From Acidobacteriota bacterium (GTDB lineage: Bacteria; Acidobacteriota; UBA6911; RPQK01; JAJDTT01), in the NCBI GenBank assembly GCA_965209055.1, contig OZ242374.1, forward strand, positions 4,992,001 to 5,056,000: 64,000 nucleotides of DNA, given 5' to 3'. Both the position numbers and the translations under genes were made by a program. The notes beneath the pieces are model-generated. The model made no database searches. It saw only the letters and a program-made list of their open reading frames with translations, and was not told the origin of the DNA. This document shows positions 19,701-27,947 of the stretch, one piece after another (positions within the stretch are counted from its first letter, which is position 1; each line of letters begins with the position of its first letter).

Positions 19701-20058
19701 CGCCGCTTCCGGAGCGGACAAAGAAGGAAAATCCGACCGATGAAGGGGGCACGTAACGTCGCCGCCGAACCGGCTGGGCCATCTTCAGATCCTTCGCCTG
19801 GTTGTCAGCCAGAGGCGCCTCGTGGTCCTCGTCGTCCTCCGGAGTCGCAGGATCGAGGCCCGAGAATCCTGGTTCCACGGGGTGTAGAACGCCGGTGGGG
19901 TACCGCTCGAGAGGCGATCCCTTCAGAAGGCCATCACGCGCCGGGCCGATCAACTGGAGACGAACCCAGTCCACCAGGCGTTTGCGATGCTCCGCCCAAG
20001 GACTCTTCGATAAGCCGTTGTCTGGTGAAGCCATCGACCTGACGCTCACCGAGTGCAT
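16786..20058 (-). CDS. drmA: SF2 helicase, DISARM DrmA family
   Basis: WRPFQLAF, WFPTGGGKTEAY, MRYTLRLLT.QQF.RA, QDELHLI.GPLGS, ASTATIR, ATNMISVGVDVDRL, EYVQASSRIGR, EPTSVTPF. Alternative start at 20034. Confidence 0.9.
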   Translation of the reverse strand: MHSVSVRSMASPDNGLSKSPWAEHRKRLVDWVRLQLIGPARDGLLKGSPLERYPTGVLHPVEPGFSGLDPATPEDDEDHEAPLADNQAKDLKMAQPVRRRRYVPPSSVGFSFFVRSGSGVRLRITASAAVYERRGERDDQGRFLSREYRRKSLECALEWTGGESRKSEDLLLEVRQRPHGQGRILTVVFANRRNPARIGEDRDERCLFEAGLECEVVNGELAEYPRVDPSLLTEEERELELQYRDKRIYAVGHGAAVDWTVESGTPPRIRTRFIPEVDVPLVTVKARGVDEDILVMKDLAEASAEAVADRLDVFVDGYERWIREQSRDADDLESAVERDTAGRICGRMATARDRMRRGVALLRTDAGARFAFRQANRAMLAQMRQQDLNRTERKRDEPRDPRKYRWRPFQLAFLLAVIESTVREEDDFRGVLDLIWFPTGGGKTEAYLGLVAFLIVWRRFQHGTMGGGAAVLMRYTLRLLTRQQFERATRIICALELLRRENPDRLGDEPITVGMWVGRAASPNTCQQAKDCVKELAAGDEDAGHQLVLRTCPWCNREFEAPRSYRATLESFAFLCRNPECEFGPDGESDEPAPLPCNVVDEALYQRPPTLLIATIDKFARLAWEERSSVFLGRRPPGSRSPRRPPELVIQDELHLIAGPLGSVAGLYEAGLETVLEQRGVRPKYVASTATIRMAREQVRRLYGRELAVFPPPGLSAEDSWFARTDPSRPGRLYVGYLAPALDQRRCLAPLAAALLHAPLAVFRDQQDRDDLLEAWWTQVIYHGSLRGVGNSHNTYATSVRDLVRRFDREHRQGVRDGAGSDGDSTADPERTDAEGAAELRQNVVQLTSFSPPQRNARTFDQLHRRRGEPDCLDAVLATNMISVGVDVDRLAAMVINGQPLTTAEYVQASSRIGRAAVPGLVFSNYYRHQARSLSHYENFRPYHESFYRFVEPTSVTPFTYQVRTRALHAALVTALRHGCDAWSRNEDAGAFDANDDRVREVIRRLKRRCREADEARGEISGRHLDRLAERWHQEARRCERQRRRLSYQANDRSADGLLRQFDDPPSRGLWRTLNSMRNVEDTGVLQRDD

Positions 20059-20176
20059 ACCGCGCTGTCACGATTGCGGTTTCGGGCGGAATTCGATCTG
20101 TCGTCCGAGTTCTGCCGGGTCCCGGGAGGTTCAGGATCCCCGATCCGGCAATTTTGCAGTTGGAAAATCGATCTTC

Positions 20177-20512
20177 CTAGTCGAAATGCTTCGCCTGCAA
20201 GCGCTCCGCGGCGTGGTCCGTCTGGTCGACCACGGAGGCTGCGGCGACCCCCATGGCAATGGAGATGGTCTCGCTGATCTCCTCCCGGGTGGCGCCGTAC
20301 TTGAGGGCCTTTCGGAGATGTCCGTCGAGGCAACCCTCGCAATTGAATCCCAGGGATGCGGCGATGGCGATCAGCTCCTTCTGCTTGCGGTCGATGGACG
20401 AAGACTTGTAGGTCTCCTGGTAGAACTTGAAGTAGATCTTCCGCATCCGGGGCTCGACCATGCTGTAAGAGGGCCATTTCTCCCGACTCCCCGGACTCTT
20501 ATTCACTGCCAT
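20177..20512 (-). CDS. Carboxymuconolactone decarboxylase / AhpD family protein
   Basis: KQKELIAIAASLGFNCEGCLDGH (CxxC), GATREEI.E. Confidence 0.85.
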   Translation of the reverse strand: MAVNKSPGSREKWPSYSMVEPRMRKIYFKFYQETYKSSSIDRKQKELIAIAASLGFNCEGCLDGHLRKALKYGATREEISETISIAMGVAAASVVDQTDHAAERLQAKHFD

Positions 20513-20622
20513 ATTGGGGAAAGGTTAGCACACCGCGTCGGGGCCGTTCCAGGCTGGCGAAAGGCGACAGGAACGGCGTTCGGAATTGGACGGCGGAGCA
20601 ATTCTGCTACTATCTTTGACCC

Positions 20623-22812
20623 GTGTCTGCCGTGGCGTTTCTACTGCTGCTGGCCCTCCCCGCCATGGGCCAATCCCGGGACCGGGCAAGGGTCGAACTG
20701 GTGTCCGAGCACGGACCCGTCACCATCGAGGCCGACCGGCTCGCCCGGGAATCGAAGGATCTCTGGGTTGCCGAAGGGCAGGTCGTCGTTACCCATCAGG
20801 ACGGCACCATCGAAGCCGGGAGGATGACCTACGACTCCCGGACCGGCCGGCTCCTGATCCTGGAGAGTTTCGAGGTGAAAAGGGGGGACCTGCGGCTCAA
20901 GGGTTCCGACGGAGAGCTGAACCTGGAGACCCAAACGGGGATTCTGAGGCAAGTGGAGGGCTCGACCGACAGGAACATCCTGGTCCAGGCAGAGACCCTG
21001 CACAAGACCGGTCCCGACAGCTATGAAGCGCGAAACGGTTTTCTGACCGCTTGTGAGGAAGCCGTCCCCAAGTGGAGCTTCACCGTCAAGAAGGGGACCA
21101 TCACGAGCGGCGAGAGGGCTCGAATTCACCACACCTTCTTCAAGATCAAGAACATCCCGGTCTTCTACTTCCCCTTCATGTCGATTCCCACGGAGAAGAA
21201 GGAACGTTCCAGCGGATTCCTGCTTCCCAGCACCGGCTCCTCCGACAACAAGGGCCGGCGGTTGAGCCAGTCGATCTATCTGGTCCTGGGCCGGAGCACC
21301 GACATCATCTTCCATGAGGACTACTACTCCAAGCGTGGCTTCGGACATGGCTTCGCCCTTCGGACCCGGCCCAACCAGACCAGCTCTCTGGAGTTGGACG
21401 GGTACTTGATCAAAGACAGCATGGAACAGGGAGGCGCCAGCCTCAATGGCCAGGGCGAAACCCGGTTCGGAAACGGCTACCGGGCGGTGGCCGATTTCAA
21501 CTTCGTCTCCAATTTCACCTTTCGGCAGGTGTTCTCGGACAACTTCTTCACCGCCACGCGGCCCACGGAAAGCTCTACCCTCTTTTTGACCAGGAACCAG
21601 GGATCGAGGAGCCTCAACGTCTCGTTCTCCCGGGAAGAGACCTTCTTTCCGGAGGGAAACGTCGTCGTCCAGAGCGCACCGGGCGCCCAGTTCCGATTGA
21701 GCGGCCACAAACTTCGGGACATTCCCGTATACCTGGATCTGGACACGTCGGCGGAGGGGTTGACGCGGCGCGATTCGCTGCTGGAGACCTCGGGCCTGAC
21801 CCAGCGCCTGGACTTCTTTCCTCAGATCTACGCATCCCTTCCACTGGCCCAGGGCCTCCGGCTGACTCCGAGACTGGCCTTTCGGGAGACCTTCTACGGG
21901 AACAGTCTGGCCGAGGCAGGCGATGGCGACTCACGGGACGTGTTCAACGAAGAGAGCTTCTCGCGCCGATATGCCGAATTGACGGTGGACCTGAAGGGAT
22001 GGGGCCTCTCGCGGATCTACGGCGACCCTGCGCAGGGCGGGCGCATGAAGCACCTGATCGAGCCCACATTCCGATACCAGTACCGGACCGGCATCGATCG
22101 GTTCGATCGGCTTCTCCGTTTCGACCATCTGGAATCCATCACCGATACCAACGAAGTGGAATACGGACTCTTCAACCGCTTCTTCGTCAAACGCCGGACC
22201 CCCCACGGCTCCCAGACGCACGAATTGCTGGCCCTCAAGCTGGTCCAGAAGCACTTTCTGGACCCCGACTTCGGCGGTGCTTTCCAAGCCGGCGCCGTGA
22301 ACCAGTTTCTCTCGTTCCACTCCCTCACCGGCTTTCCCTTCGGGGGTCTGCGAAGAGGTTTTTCTCCCATCACGGCAGTGGCGCGCGTCACGCCGGAACC
22401 CCGTGTCAATTTCGATGTCCGCACCGATTACGACCCCGATTTCCACCGCGTCCGCAACGTCGCTGTCATGGGTTTCGTCCACAGCGAGCGATTCCTTCTG
22501 GGCACCGCCTACTTCGTGACCCGGGAGCTGGAGCCGGGCACGATTCAGACCAACCAGGTCCAGGGACAGATCGCGTTGGGACACCTGGGGCGAGGCGCGT
22601 CCCTGTCCAGCACCCTCAGCTACGACGTCCACTCCGCCCGATTCCTGAACTACCGCACCCGCCTCAACTACTTTTGGGACTGTTGCGGGATCTCGCTTGA
22701 TTTCGTGGGGTTCAACGTCGGAGTGCGCCAGGAGAACCAGATCCGGTTTTCCTTTTACCTCAAGGGAATCGGAACCATTGGGACCATCAAACAGCCCCGG
22801 AGCGTCTTCTGA
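20623..22812 (+). CDS. lptD: LPS-assembly protein LptD
   Basis: Signal peptide, OstA-like N-domain, FLTAC...PKW, IPVFYFP, RSSGFLLP, beta-barrel with WDCCG. Confidence 0.85.
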   Translation: MSAVAFLLLLALPAMGQSRDRARVELVSEHGPVTIEADRLARESKDLWVAEGQVVVTHQDGTIEAGRMTYDSRTGRLLILESFEVKRGDLRLKGSDGELNLETQTGILRQVEGSTDRNILVQAETLHKTGPDSYEARNGFLTACEEAVPKWSFTVKKGTITSGERARIHHTFFKIKNIPVFYFPFMSIPTEKKERSSGFLLPSTGSSDNKGRRLSQSIYLVLGRSTDIIFHEDYYSKRGFGHGFALRTRPNQTSSLELDGYLIKDSMEQGGASLNGQGETRFGNGYRAVADFNFVSNFTFRQVFSDNFFTATRPTESSTLFLTRNQGSRSLNVSFSREETFFPEGNVVVQSAPGAQFRLSGHKLRDIPVYLDLDTSAEGLTRRDSLLETSGLTQRLDFFPQIYASLPLAQGLRLTPRLAFRETFYGNSLAEAGDGDSRDVFNEESFSRRYAELTVDLKGWGLSRIYGDPAQGGRMKHLIEPTFRYQYRTGIDRFDRLLRFDHLESITDTNEVEYGLFNRFFVKRRTPHGSQTHELLALKLVQKHFLDPDFGGAFQAGAVNQFLSFHSLTGFPFGGLRRGFSPITAVARVTPEPRVNFDVRTDYDPDFHRVRNVAVMGFVHSERFLLGTAYFVTRELEPGTIQTNQVQGQIALGHLGRGASLSSTLSYDVHSARFLNYRTRLNYFWDCCGISLDFVGFNVGVRQENQIRFSFYLKGIGTIGTIKQPRSVF

Positions 22813-23351
22813 CGATTTCTCCCCCCGAGGCTGCCATCCTGCTTTCACTCGGGTCCAATCTGGGCCGCCGGGAAGTCTACCTGGCTCGCGCTTTGAACCG
22901 TTTGGACGAACGGGGAGTGGAACCGGTTCTCTGCTCTTCGGTGTACGAGACCGAACCCGTGGGAGGTGTGGACCAAGACCTTTTTCTGAACCTGGTTTGC
23001 CAGGTCGAGACCCGCCAAGCCCCCGCATCCCTGCTGGCCACCTGCCTGGAGGTCGAGTCCTCGCTGGGCCGGTCGCGCAACATCGTCATGGGACCTCGCA
23101 ACATCGACATCGACATACTCTTTTTCGGCCGGGAGATCGTCCGCCGGCGGGACCTGCAGATCCCCCATCCTCGATACCGGAACCGCAGGTTCGTCCTGGT
23201 CCCCTTGAACGAGATTCTGCCCTGCTTCAAAGACCCGATTACGGGGAGAAGGCCGGACGAATTGCTCCGGCTCTGCCCGGACCGGACGCGGGTCACAAGA
23301 TATGGCGCGGCCGCGCGTCACCCGGCGCCGGCGTACTGGAAGATCGGATAA
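22809..23351 (+). CDS. folK: 2-amino-4-hydroxy-6-hydroxymethyldihydropteridine diphosphokinase (start probably non-canonical, e.g. CTG 22809)
   Basis: In-frame LSLGSNLG upstream of the first TTG (22893); SSVYETEP, GPRNIDIDIL, IPHPR..NRRFVLVPL. Confidence 0.9.
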   Translation: MTISPPEAAILLSLGSNLGRREVYLARALNRLDERGVEPVLCSSVYETEPVGGVDQDLFLNLVCQVETRQAPASLLATCLEVESSLGRSRNIVMGPRNIDIDILFFGREIVRRRDLQIPHPRYRNRRFVLVPLNEILPCFKDPITGRRPDELLRLCPDRTRVTRYGAAARHPAPAYWKIG

Positions 23352-23528
23352 CGCTGCCGTCCGGGTCCCGGAGCCGGTTGGATCCCGTGCGGCCATCACC
23401 ATCGGCTGGTATACTCGGCGGCGTTTTTCGGGACTTGCCGAGGGTGCGATTTCCGGCCGCATGACCGTGGTTGAATCGGGAGAGACCTTTGGCATGACTG
23501 GCCATGACCCATTCGGGGCCGAGGCAGG

Positions 23529-24257
23529 ATGAAAGAGAACGAGCCTCAAGAAACTTCCGCCAAGCAGGAGAGCACCCTGCGGGAGTACTTCGTCACCACC
23601 GTCGTCTGCACCATCTTCGCGCTTTTCGTCACCACCTTCGTGGTTCACCCGATGACGGTTCCGACGCCTTCCATGGAACCGACGATTCTGGTGGGAGACC
23701 GGTTGCTGATCGACAAGTTCAGTTTTCGCAACGGTTACTACCCGGGTCTTCCGCTGGCCCCCGAGCGCGAGATCAGGCGGGGAGACATCGTCGTCTTCAA
23801 ATTCCCCAACAACCCGGACACTCTCTACGTGAAACGAGCCATCGGGTTGCCCGGTGAGGAGTTGGAGATTCGGGGGGGAACGGTCTACATCAACGGATCA
23901 GCGTTGGAGGAGCCCTACAAGGTGCATCGCGATTCCGCCCTCGACGATGGACGGAACTATCCGCGCGATCCCCATCGGGGCAACCGCCGGAACAATACGG
24001 CCACCATCAAAATTCCGGACGGCAACTATTTCGTCATGGGGGACAACCGCGACGACAGTGCCGACAGCCGCTACTTTGGTTTTCTGCCCCGAAGCCATAT
24101 CGTGGGCCGGCCCCTGGTGGTCTTCTGGTCTTACGAGGACGCGTCGGATGCCTATCTGAAGAGCTCGATCCCCGAGATGCTCGGCCTGTACCTGGAGAGG
24201 ATCGTCTTTTTCGTGACCCGGACCCGATGGAGCCGGATGGGGCACGTCGTCAGTTGA
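23529..24257 (+). CDS. lepB: Signal peptidase I
   Basis: PSMEPTI (catalytic Ser), YVKRAIGLPG (catalytic Lys), GDNRDDSADSR. Confidence 0.93.
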   Translation: MKENEPQETSAKQESTLREYFVTTVVCTIFALFVTTFVVHPMTVPTPSMEPTILVGDRLLIDKFSFRNGYYPGLPLAPEREIRRGDIVVFKFPNNPDTLYVKRAIGLPGEELEIRGGTVYINGSALEEPYKVHRDSALDDGRNYPRDPHRGNRRNNTATIKIPDGNYFVMGDNRDDSADSRYFGFLPRSHIVGRPLVVFWSYEDASDAYLKSSIPEMLGLYLERIVFFVTRTRWSRMGHVVS

Positions 24258-25942
24258 ACCGGGGGCCGCTGGAGGGCCGGGAGGACGCACCAGGAGTGAT
24301 CAGAACGCTGCTGGCCTATTGTTCGCGATTTGGCGCATGCCTCGCCAGCCGGTACCGCCGGCGAAGCCGCCTCTACCAGGCGGGAGTCCTGGGACTCGTG
24401 GCGGCGACCTCCACCAGTCTCGCCTTCTGGTTGCAGACCGGCTCGGTACGGACGCCATCCCCCGGGACCCCGCCCGCCGCAGTTGAAGCAAATCCCGATC
24501 CATCTGCGGCCGCCCCGTCTTCTCAGCCGGAGGTCGCTGACGAAACCCGCCGGCCCGATCCCGACTTGGCACGGAAGATCGACGCTCTGCTGGACAGCAA
24601 GCGGTACCGCCGCGCCTCATGGGGAGTCGATGTGCGCTACGTCGACGGAGGAGCCGTTCTCTATTCCCGGAATCCCCTGAAATACTTCATTCCGGCCAGC
24701 AACATGAAGGTGTTCACGACGGCTGCGGTCCTGGACCGTCTGGGACCCAACTTCCGATTCGAAACCCGCCTCGGCTACGAGGGGCAACTCCAGGAGAACG
24801 GGGTTCTGACCGGAGACCTGGTCCTGATCGGGGGAGGAGATCCCGGCTTGGCCAACAAGCTGGGCTCCGGGTCCATATTCCAGCACCTGGACACCATGGC
24901 CCGGGAGGTGGAACGGGCAGGCATCCGCCTGATCCAAGGGGACGTGATCGGCGACGACTCCTTCTTCTCCTATGCGCCCCACGGACGAGGATGGAACAAG
25001 AAGGACCTGGAGTACCACTACGCCCCTCGAGTCTCCGCCCTCTCCTTCTACGACAACCTCCTGAACCTGGTGGCCCGTCCCGGCAGACGGACCGGACAGC
25101 CCATCCGTCTTGCCAGCTACCCCTCCAACTCCCTTTTCCAATTGGTCAACATGGGCACCACCGTCGCGGATGGTCCGCAAGCCACCGGATACCTCTTCCG
25201 GTCCCTGGGAAACCACAAGGCGGTCATCAGCGGCCAGATCCCCGTCAGCAGTCCGGGCTGGACTCGCCGGATCACGATGGAGGATCCCGCCCTGTACACG
25301 GCAACACTCTTGAGGGACCGTCTTCGCAAGCGAGGCATTCGGCTCGCAGGCTCGGTCCGCTCGCGTCACACCGCGCCGGCAGACGGCGTGGAAACGCAGA
25401 TCATTTACGTCCACGAGTCCCCGCCTCTGATCCAGGTCATCTTTCGGGTCAATAGGGAGAGTCACAATCTCTACGCCGAGATCCTGCTCCGGACCCTGGG
25501 CGCCGTCGTCAAGGGCCGCGGAAGCGATTCGGGCGGACTCGAGGTGGTTTACGAGTTGCTTCGTGAAGCGGGGGTACCGTTGCGCCTCACCGACCTTCAG
25601 GACGGATCCGGGCTCTCGGAGCAGAACCTGATCACACCCCGGGCGCAGTCGCTGTTACTTCGGCACGTGGCGGGAAAGTCCTTCTTCCCCTTCTTCCTGG
25701 GGAGTCTGCCCGTTGCCGGCAGAAACGGCACGCTGAGCGGGCGGATGGGGGGAACACCCGCAGCCAACCGCGTCTTCGCGAAGACCGGAACCCTCTCCAA
25801 CGCCATCACCCTGGGCGGCTACGTCCAATCCCGATCCTCGGAATTGTTGGCCTTTTCCATCCTGGTCAACGACCACCGCTTCGGTCACTGGAACGCCCGC
25901 CGCGGCATCGACCAGATCTGCAGCCTGCTGGCCCGGCATTAG
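24254..25942 (+). CDS. dacB: D-Ala-D-Ala carboxypeptidase/endopeptidase PBP4 (start uncertain)
   Basis: PASNMK, SHN, DGSGLS and AKTGTL motifs. Confidence 0.9.
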   Translation: MNRGPLEGREDAPGVIRTLLAYCSRFGACLASRYRRRSRLYQAGVLGLVAATSTSLAFWLQTGSVRTPSPGTPPAAVEANPDPSAAAPSSQPEVADETRRPDPDLARKIDALLDSKRYRRASWGVDVRYVDGGAVLYSRNPLKYFIPASNMKVFTTAAVLDRLGPNFRFETRLGYEGQLQENGVLTGDLVLIGGGDPGLANKLGSGSIFQHLDTMAREVERAGIRLIQGDVIGDDSFFSYAPHGRGWNKKDLEYHYAPRVSALSFYDNLLNLVARPGRRTGQPIRLASYPSNSLFQLVNMGTTVADGPQATGYLFRSLGNHKAVISGQIPVSSPGWTRRITMEDPALYTATLLRDRLRKRGIRLAGSVRSRHTAPADGVETQIIYVHESPPLIQVIFRVNRESHNLYAEILLRTLGAVVKGRGSDSGGLEVVYELLREAGVPLRLTDLQDGSGLSEQNLITPRAQSLLLRHVAGKSFFPFFLGSLPVAGRNGTLSGRMGGTPAANRVFAKTGTLSNAITLGGYVQSRSSELLAFSILVNDHRFGHWNARRGIDQICSLLARH

Positions 25943-26007
25943 GAAATCCTGACTACACCATGGCGGGATAAGCTCCGGATTTCCCAGCCGAGCGCCAATC
26001 CTTGCCG

Positions 26008-26373
26008 TTACAGATCCAGATGCAGACGGAGTGCATCGTCGATCTCATCCATGGTCCGCAATGGGACTCGGCCGATCCGAGCCTGGAGCCGTTCGATTGC
26101 GACGGCACGAACCTGCTCGGCCTGGGCCTTCGAATCACGACTCAGGCCACAGGAGCGGGCATGGAGGCGGACTTGGAACGGGTACACCTTCCGCACGCTG
26201 CCAGTCACCGGAACCACGGTAACGACTCCACGTCCCAATCCGGTGGCACTCTGGTTGGCACCATTGTTGCTCACGATCACTGCCGGGCGGCGATATGCTG
26301 CCTCAGCGCCCGCCGGGATGCTGAAAACTACTGTCCAGATGTCACCCCGACGCACCTGTTGCAACCGGTTCAA
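26008..26373 (-). CDS. mazF: MazF/PemK family endoribonuclease toxin (MazF9-like)
   Basis: RRGDIW, RPAVIVSN, GRGVVTVVPVT, VYPFQV, SKAQAEQVR, ALRLHLDL. Confidence 0.92.
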   Translation of the reverse strand: MNRLQQVRRGDIWTVVFSIPAGAEAAYRRPAVIVSNNGANQSATGLGRGVVTVVPVTGSVRKVYPFQVRLHARSCGLSRDSKAQAEQVRAVAIERLQARIGRVPLRTMDEIDDALRLHLDL

Positions 26374-26591
26374 GGTTTCAGTCCGTCAGTGGTTGAACGG
26401 TCCCATGCGTCGGCGTCGTCTCCGTAATCCCATTCATCCCACGCGGCCGCGTAGTCGCGAGCGAGATCCGTCGTACGCAAAAGGTGCAGCGCTGCCCGAA
26501 CCACTGCGGACCGAGACTTGATGCCTTGAGAGCGGGCATAGTCGTCGAGAAAGCCGACTTCTTCTTCGCCGAGGCTGATGCTGAGTTTCAT
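26370..26591 (-). CDS. mazE: Ribbon-helix-helix antitoxin (MazE9-like)
   Basis: MKLSISL...SRSAVVRAAL...DYAAAWDEW; overlaps the toxin start by 4 nt. Confidence 0.88.
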   Translation of the reverse strand: MKLSISLGEEEVGFLDDYARSQGIKSRSAVVRAALHLLRTTDLARDYAAAWDEWDYGDDADAWDRSTTDGLKP

Positions 26592-26597
26592 CCCGTC

Positions 26598-26629
26598 TAT
26601 GCTACCTAAAATACTACTACTTATGCTAC
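26598..26629 (-). promoter_or_regulatory. Probable TA promoter/operator
   Basis: Two GTAGCATA direct repeats 24 nt apart in an AT-rich patch; TAGCAT lies 7 nt before the antitoxin ATG and no SD is visible. Confidence 0.5.
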
Positions 26630-26708
26630 TGGTGATCGCGGTCAGGGTAGCGCTTCCGGGCATAAACCACAGGACCTTTACTAGATCTCGCGCCCGTCAC
26701 CGGGTGGC

Positions 26709-27866
26709 TCAAACCGTGCCGCTATTCCCGCGCCTTCGAACCGGCCGAACGCCTTTTTCGATGGTCTCCCGGTAGTAGGCCTCATAGAGGGGCGCGACAT
26801 GTTGCGCCGAATAGCGCTGGGCACGCTTCCGGCAATTGATTCTGAGTTGCCCCAGCCGATCCTCCGCAAGCAGGCTCAAGGCGGCCTGAGCCATGCCGGC
26901 CACATCACCCACCGGGTGGAGCAGGCCGGTCTCGTCTTCCCGGATCAACTCCGGGACCCCGCCCACGCGCGTGGCCACCACCGGAACTCCGCAGGCCATG
27001 GCCTCCAGCGCCGCCAGGCCGAAGCTCTCTGTCTCGCTGGGCAGCAGCATAAGGTCGCAGACCGAAAGGTAGTTTTCGATGGCGTCCACCATGCCGACGA
27101 AGAAGACCGAATCACCGATCCCCAACTCGCTGGCCAGATACTGGGCGTTGGAACGCTCGACCCCGTCGCCGATCATGAGCAGGACGGCCGGGATCTGCTG
27201 ACGTACCCGGTGAAAGATCCGGACCACGTCGTCCACCCGCTTGACCGGCCGGAAATTGGACAGGTGGACCAGGATCTTCTCGCCGCGGGGGGCGAAACGC
27301 CGGTGAACCTCGGGCGAAAAGCGCCGCTGCATGCGGTCCACGTCCACGAAGTTGGGAATCACGCGGATATCGCACTCGCTGCAGAACTCCCGCAGAGTCG
27401 CCTCCTTGAGGAAATGACTCACCGCCGTGACCCCGTCGCTCTGGCGGAGTCCAAACTGGGTGACGGACAGATAGGAATGGTCCCGGCCCACCAGCGTGAT
27501 GTCGGTGCCGTGGAGGGTCGTGATCACCGGAACCCAGCGGGGATGGATCATCTCCCGGGCCAGGTAGCCGCTGATGGCGTGGGGAATCGCGTAGTGGACG
27601 TGCAGCAGGTCAAGATTCTCCCGCTTGATCACCTCCACCATCTTGGTGGCCAGGGCCAAGTCGTAGGGAACATACTCGAAGAGGGGGTAGGCCATGGCTT
27701 CCACTTCGTGGAAGAAGATGCGTTCCCCCAACTCCAGCAGCCGGCTGGGCATGGACGAGCTGATGATGTGAACCCGGTGACCCCTCCGGGCCAAGCACTG
27801 CGACAACTCGGTCGCCACGATGCCGCTGCCGCCGTAGGTCGGGTAGCACGTGATGCCGACGTTCAT
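26709..27866 (-). CDS. bshA: N-acetyl-alpha-D-glucosaminyl L-malate synthase
   Basis: [59 protein letters not shown]. Confidence 0.92.
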   Translation of the reverse strand: MNVGITCYPTYGGSGIVATELSQCLARRGHRVHIISSSMPSRLLELGERIFFHEVEAMAYPLFEYVPYDLALATKMVEVIKRENLDLLHVHYAIPHAISGYLAREMIHPRWVPVITTLHGTDITLVGRDHSYLSVTQFGLRQSDGVTAVSHFLKEATLREFCSECDIRVIPNFVDVDRMQRRFSPEVHRRFAPRGEKILVHLSNFRPVKRVDDVVRIFHRVRQQIPAVLLMIGDGVERSNAQYLASELGIGDSVFFVGMVDAIENYLSVCDLMLLPSETESFGLAALEAMACGVPVVATRVGGVPELIREDETGLLHPVGDVAGMAQAALSLLAEDRLGQLRINCRKRAQRYSAQHVAPLYEAYYRETIEKGVRPVRRRGNSGTV

Positions 27867-27947
27867 GGCAATTGGGGCGGCAATCCGGTCAGGCCTGCAG
27901 GGAATGGCGGGTTTGAACGCGCCGCGGTGAGCCCGGCCATCCCGGGT

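Noticed and set aside
16960-19743. 927-aa ORF antisense to drmA (similarly 26799-29375, 53082-54998, 56019-58148, 60973-63531)
   Set aside because: Antisense shadows of well-supported genes; no recognisable domains.
12126-20058. Canonical DISARM class I/II or Druantia call
   Set aside because: No methyltransferase, DrmC, DrmD or DrmE; the helicase and DUF1998 are separate DrmA/DrmB-type proteins rather than a DruE fusion.
20177-20512. AhpD/CMD gene as a fifth member of the defence operon
   Set aside because: Same strand but separated by about 120 nt, and it is a common stand-alone redox gene; no evidence of linkage.
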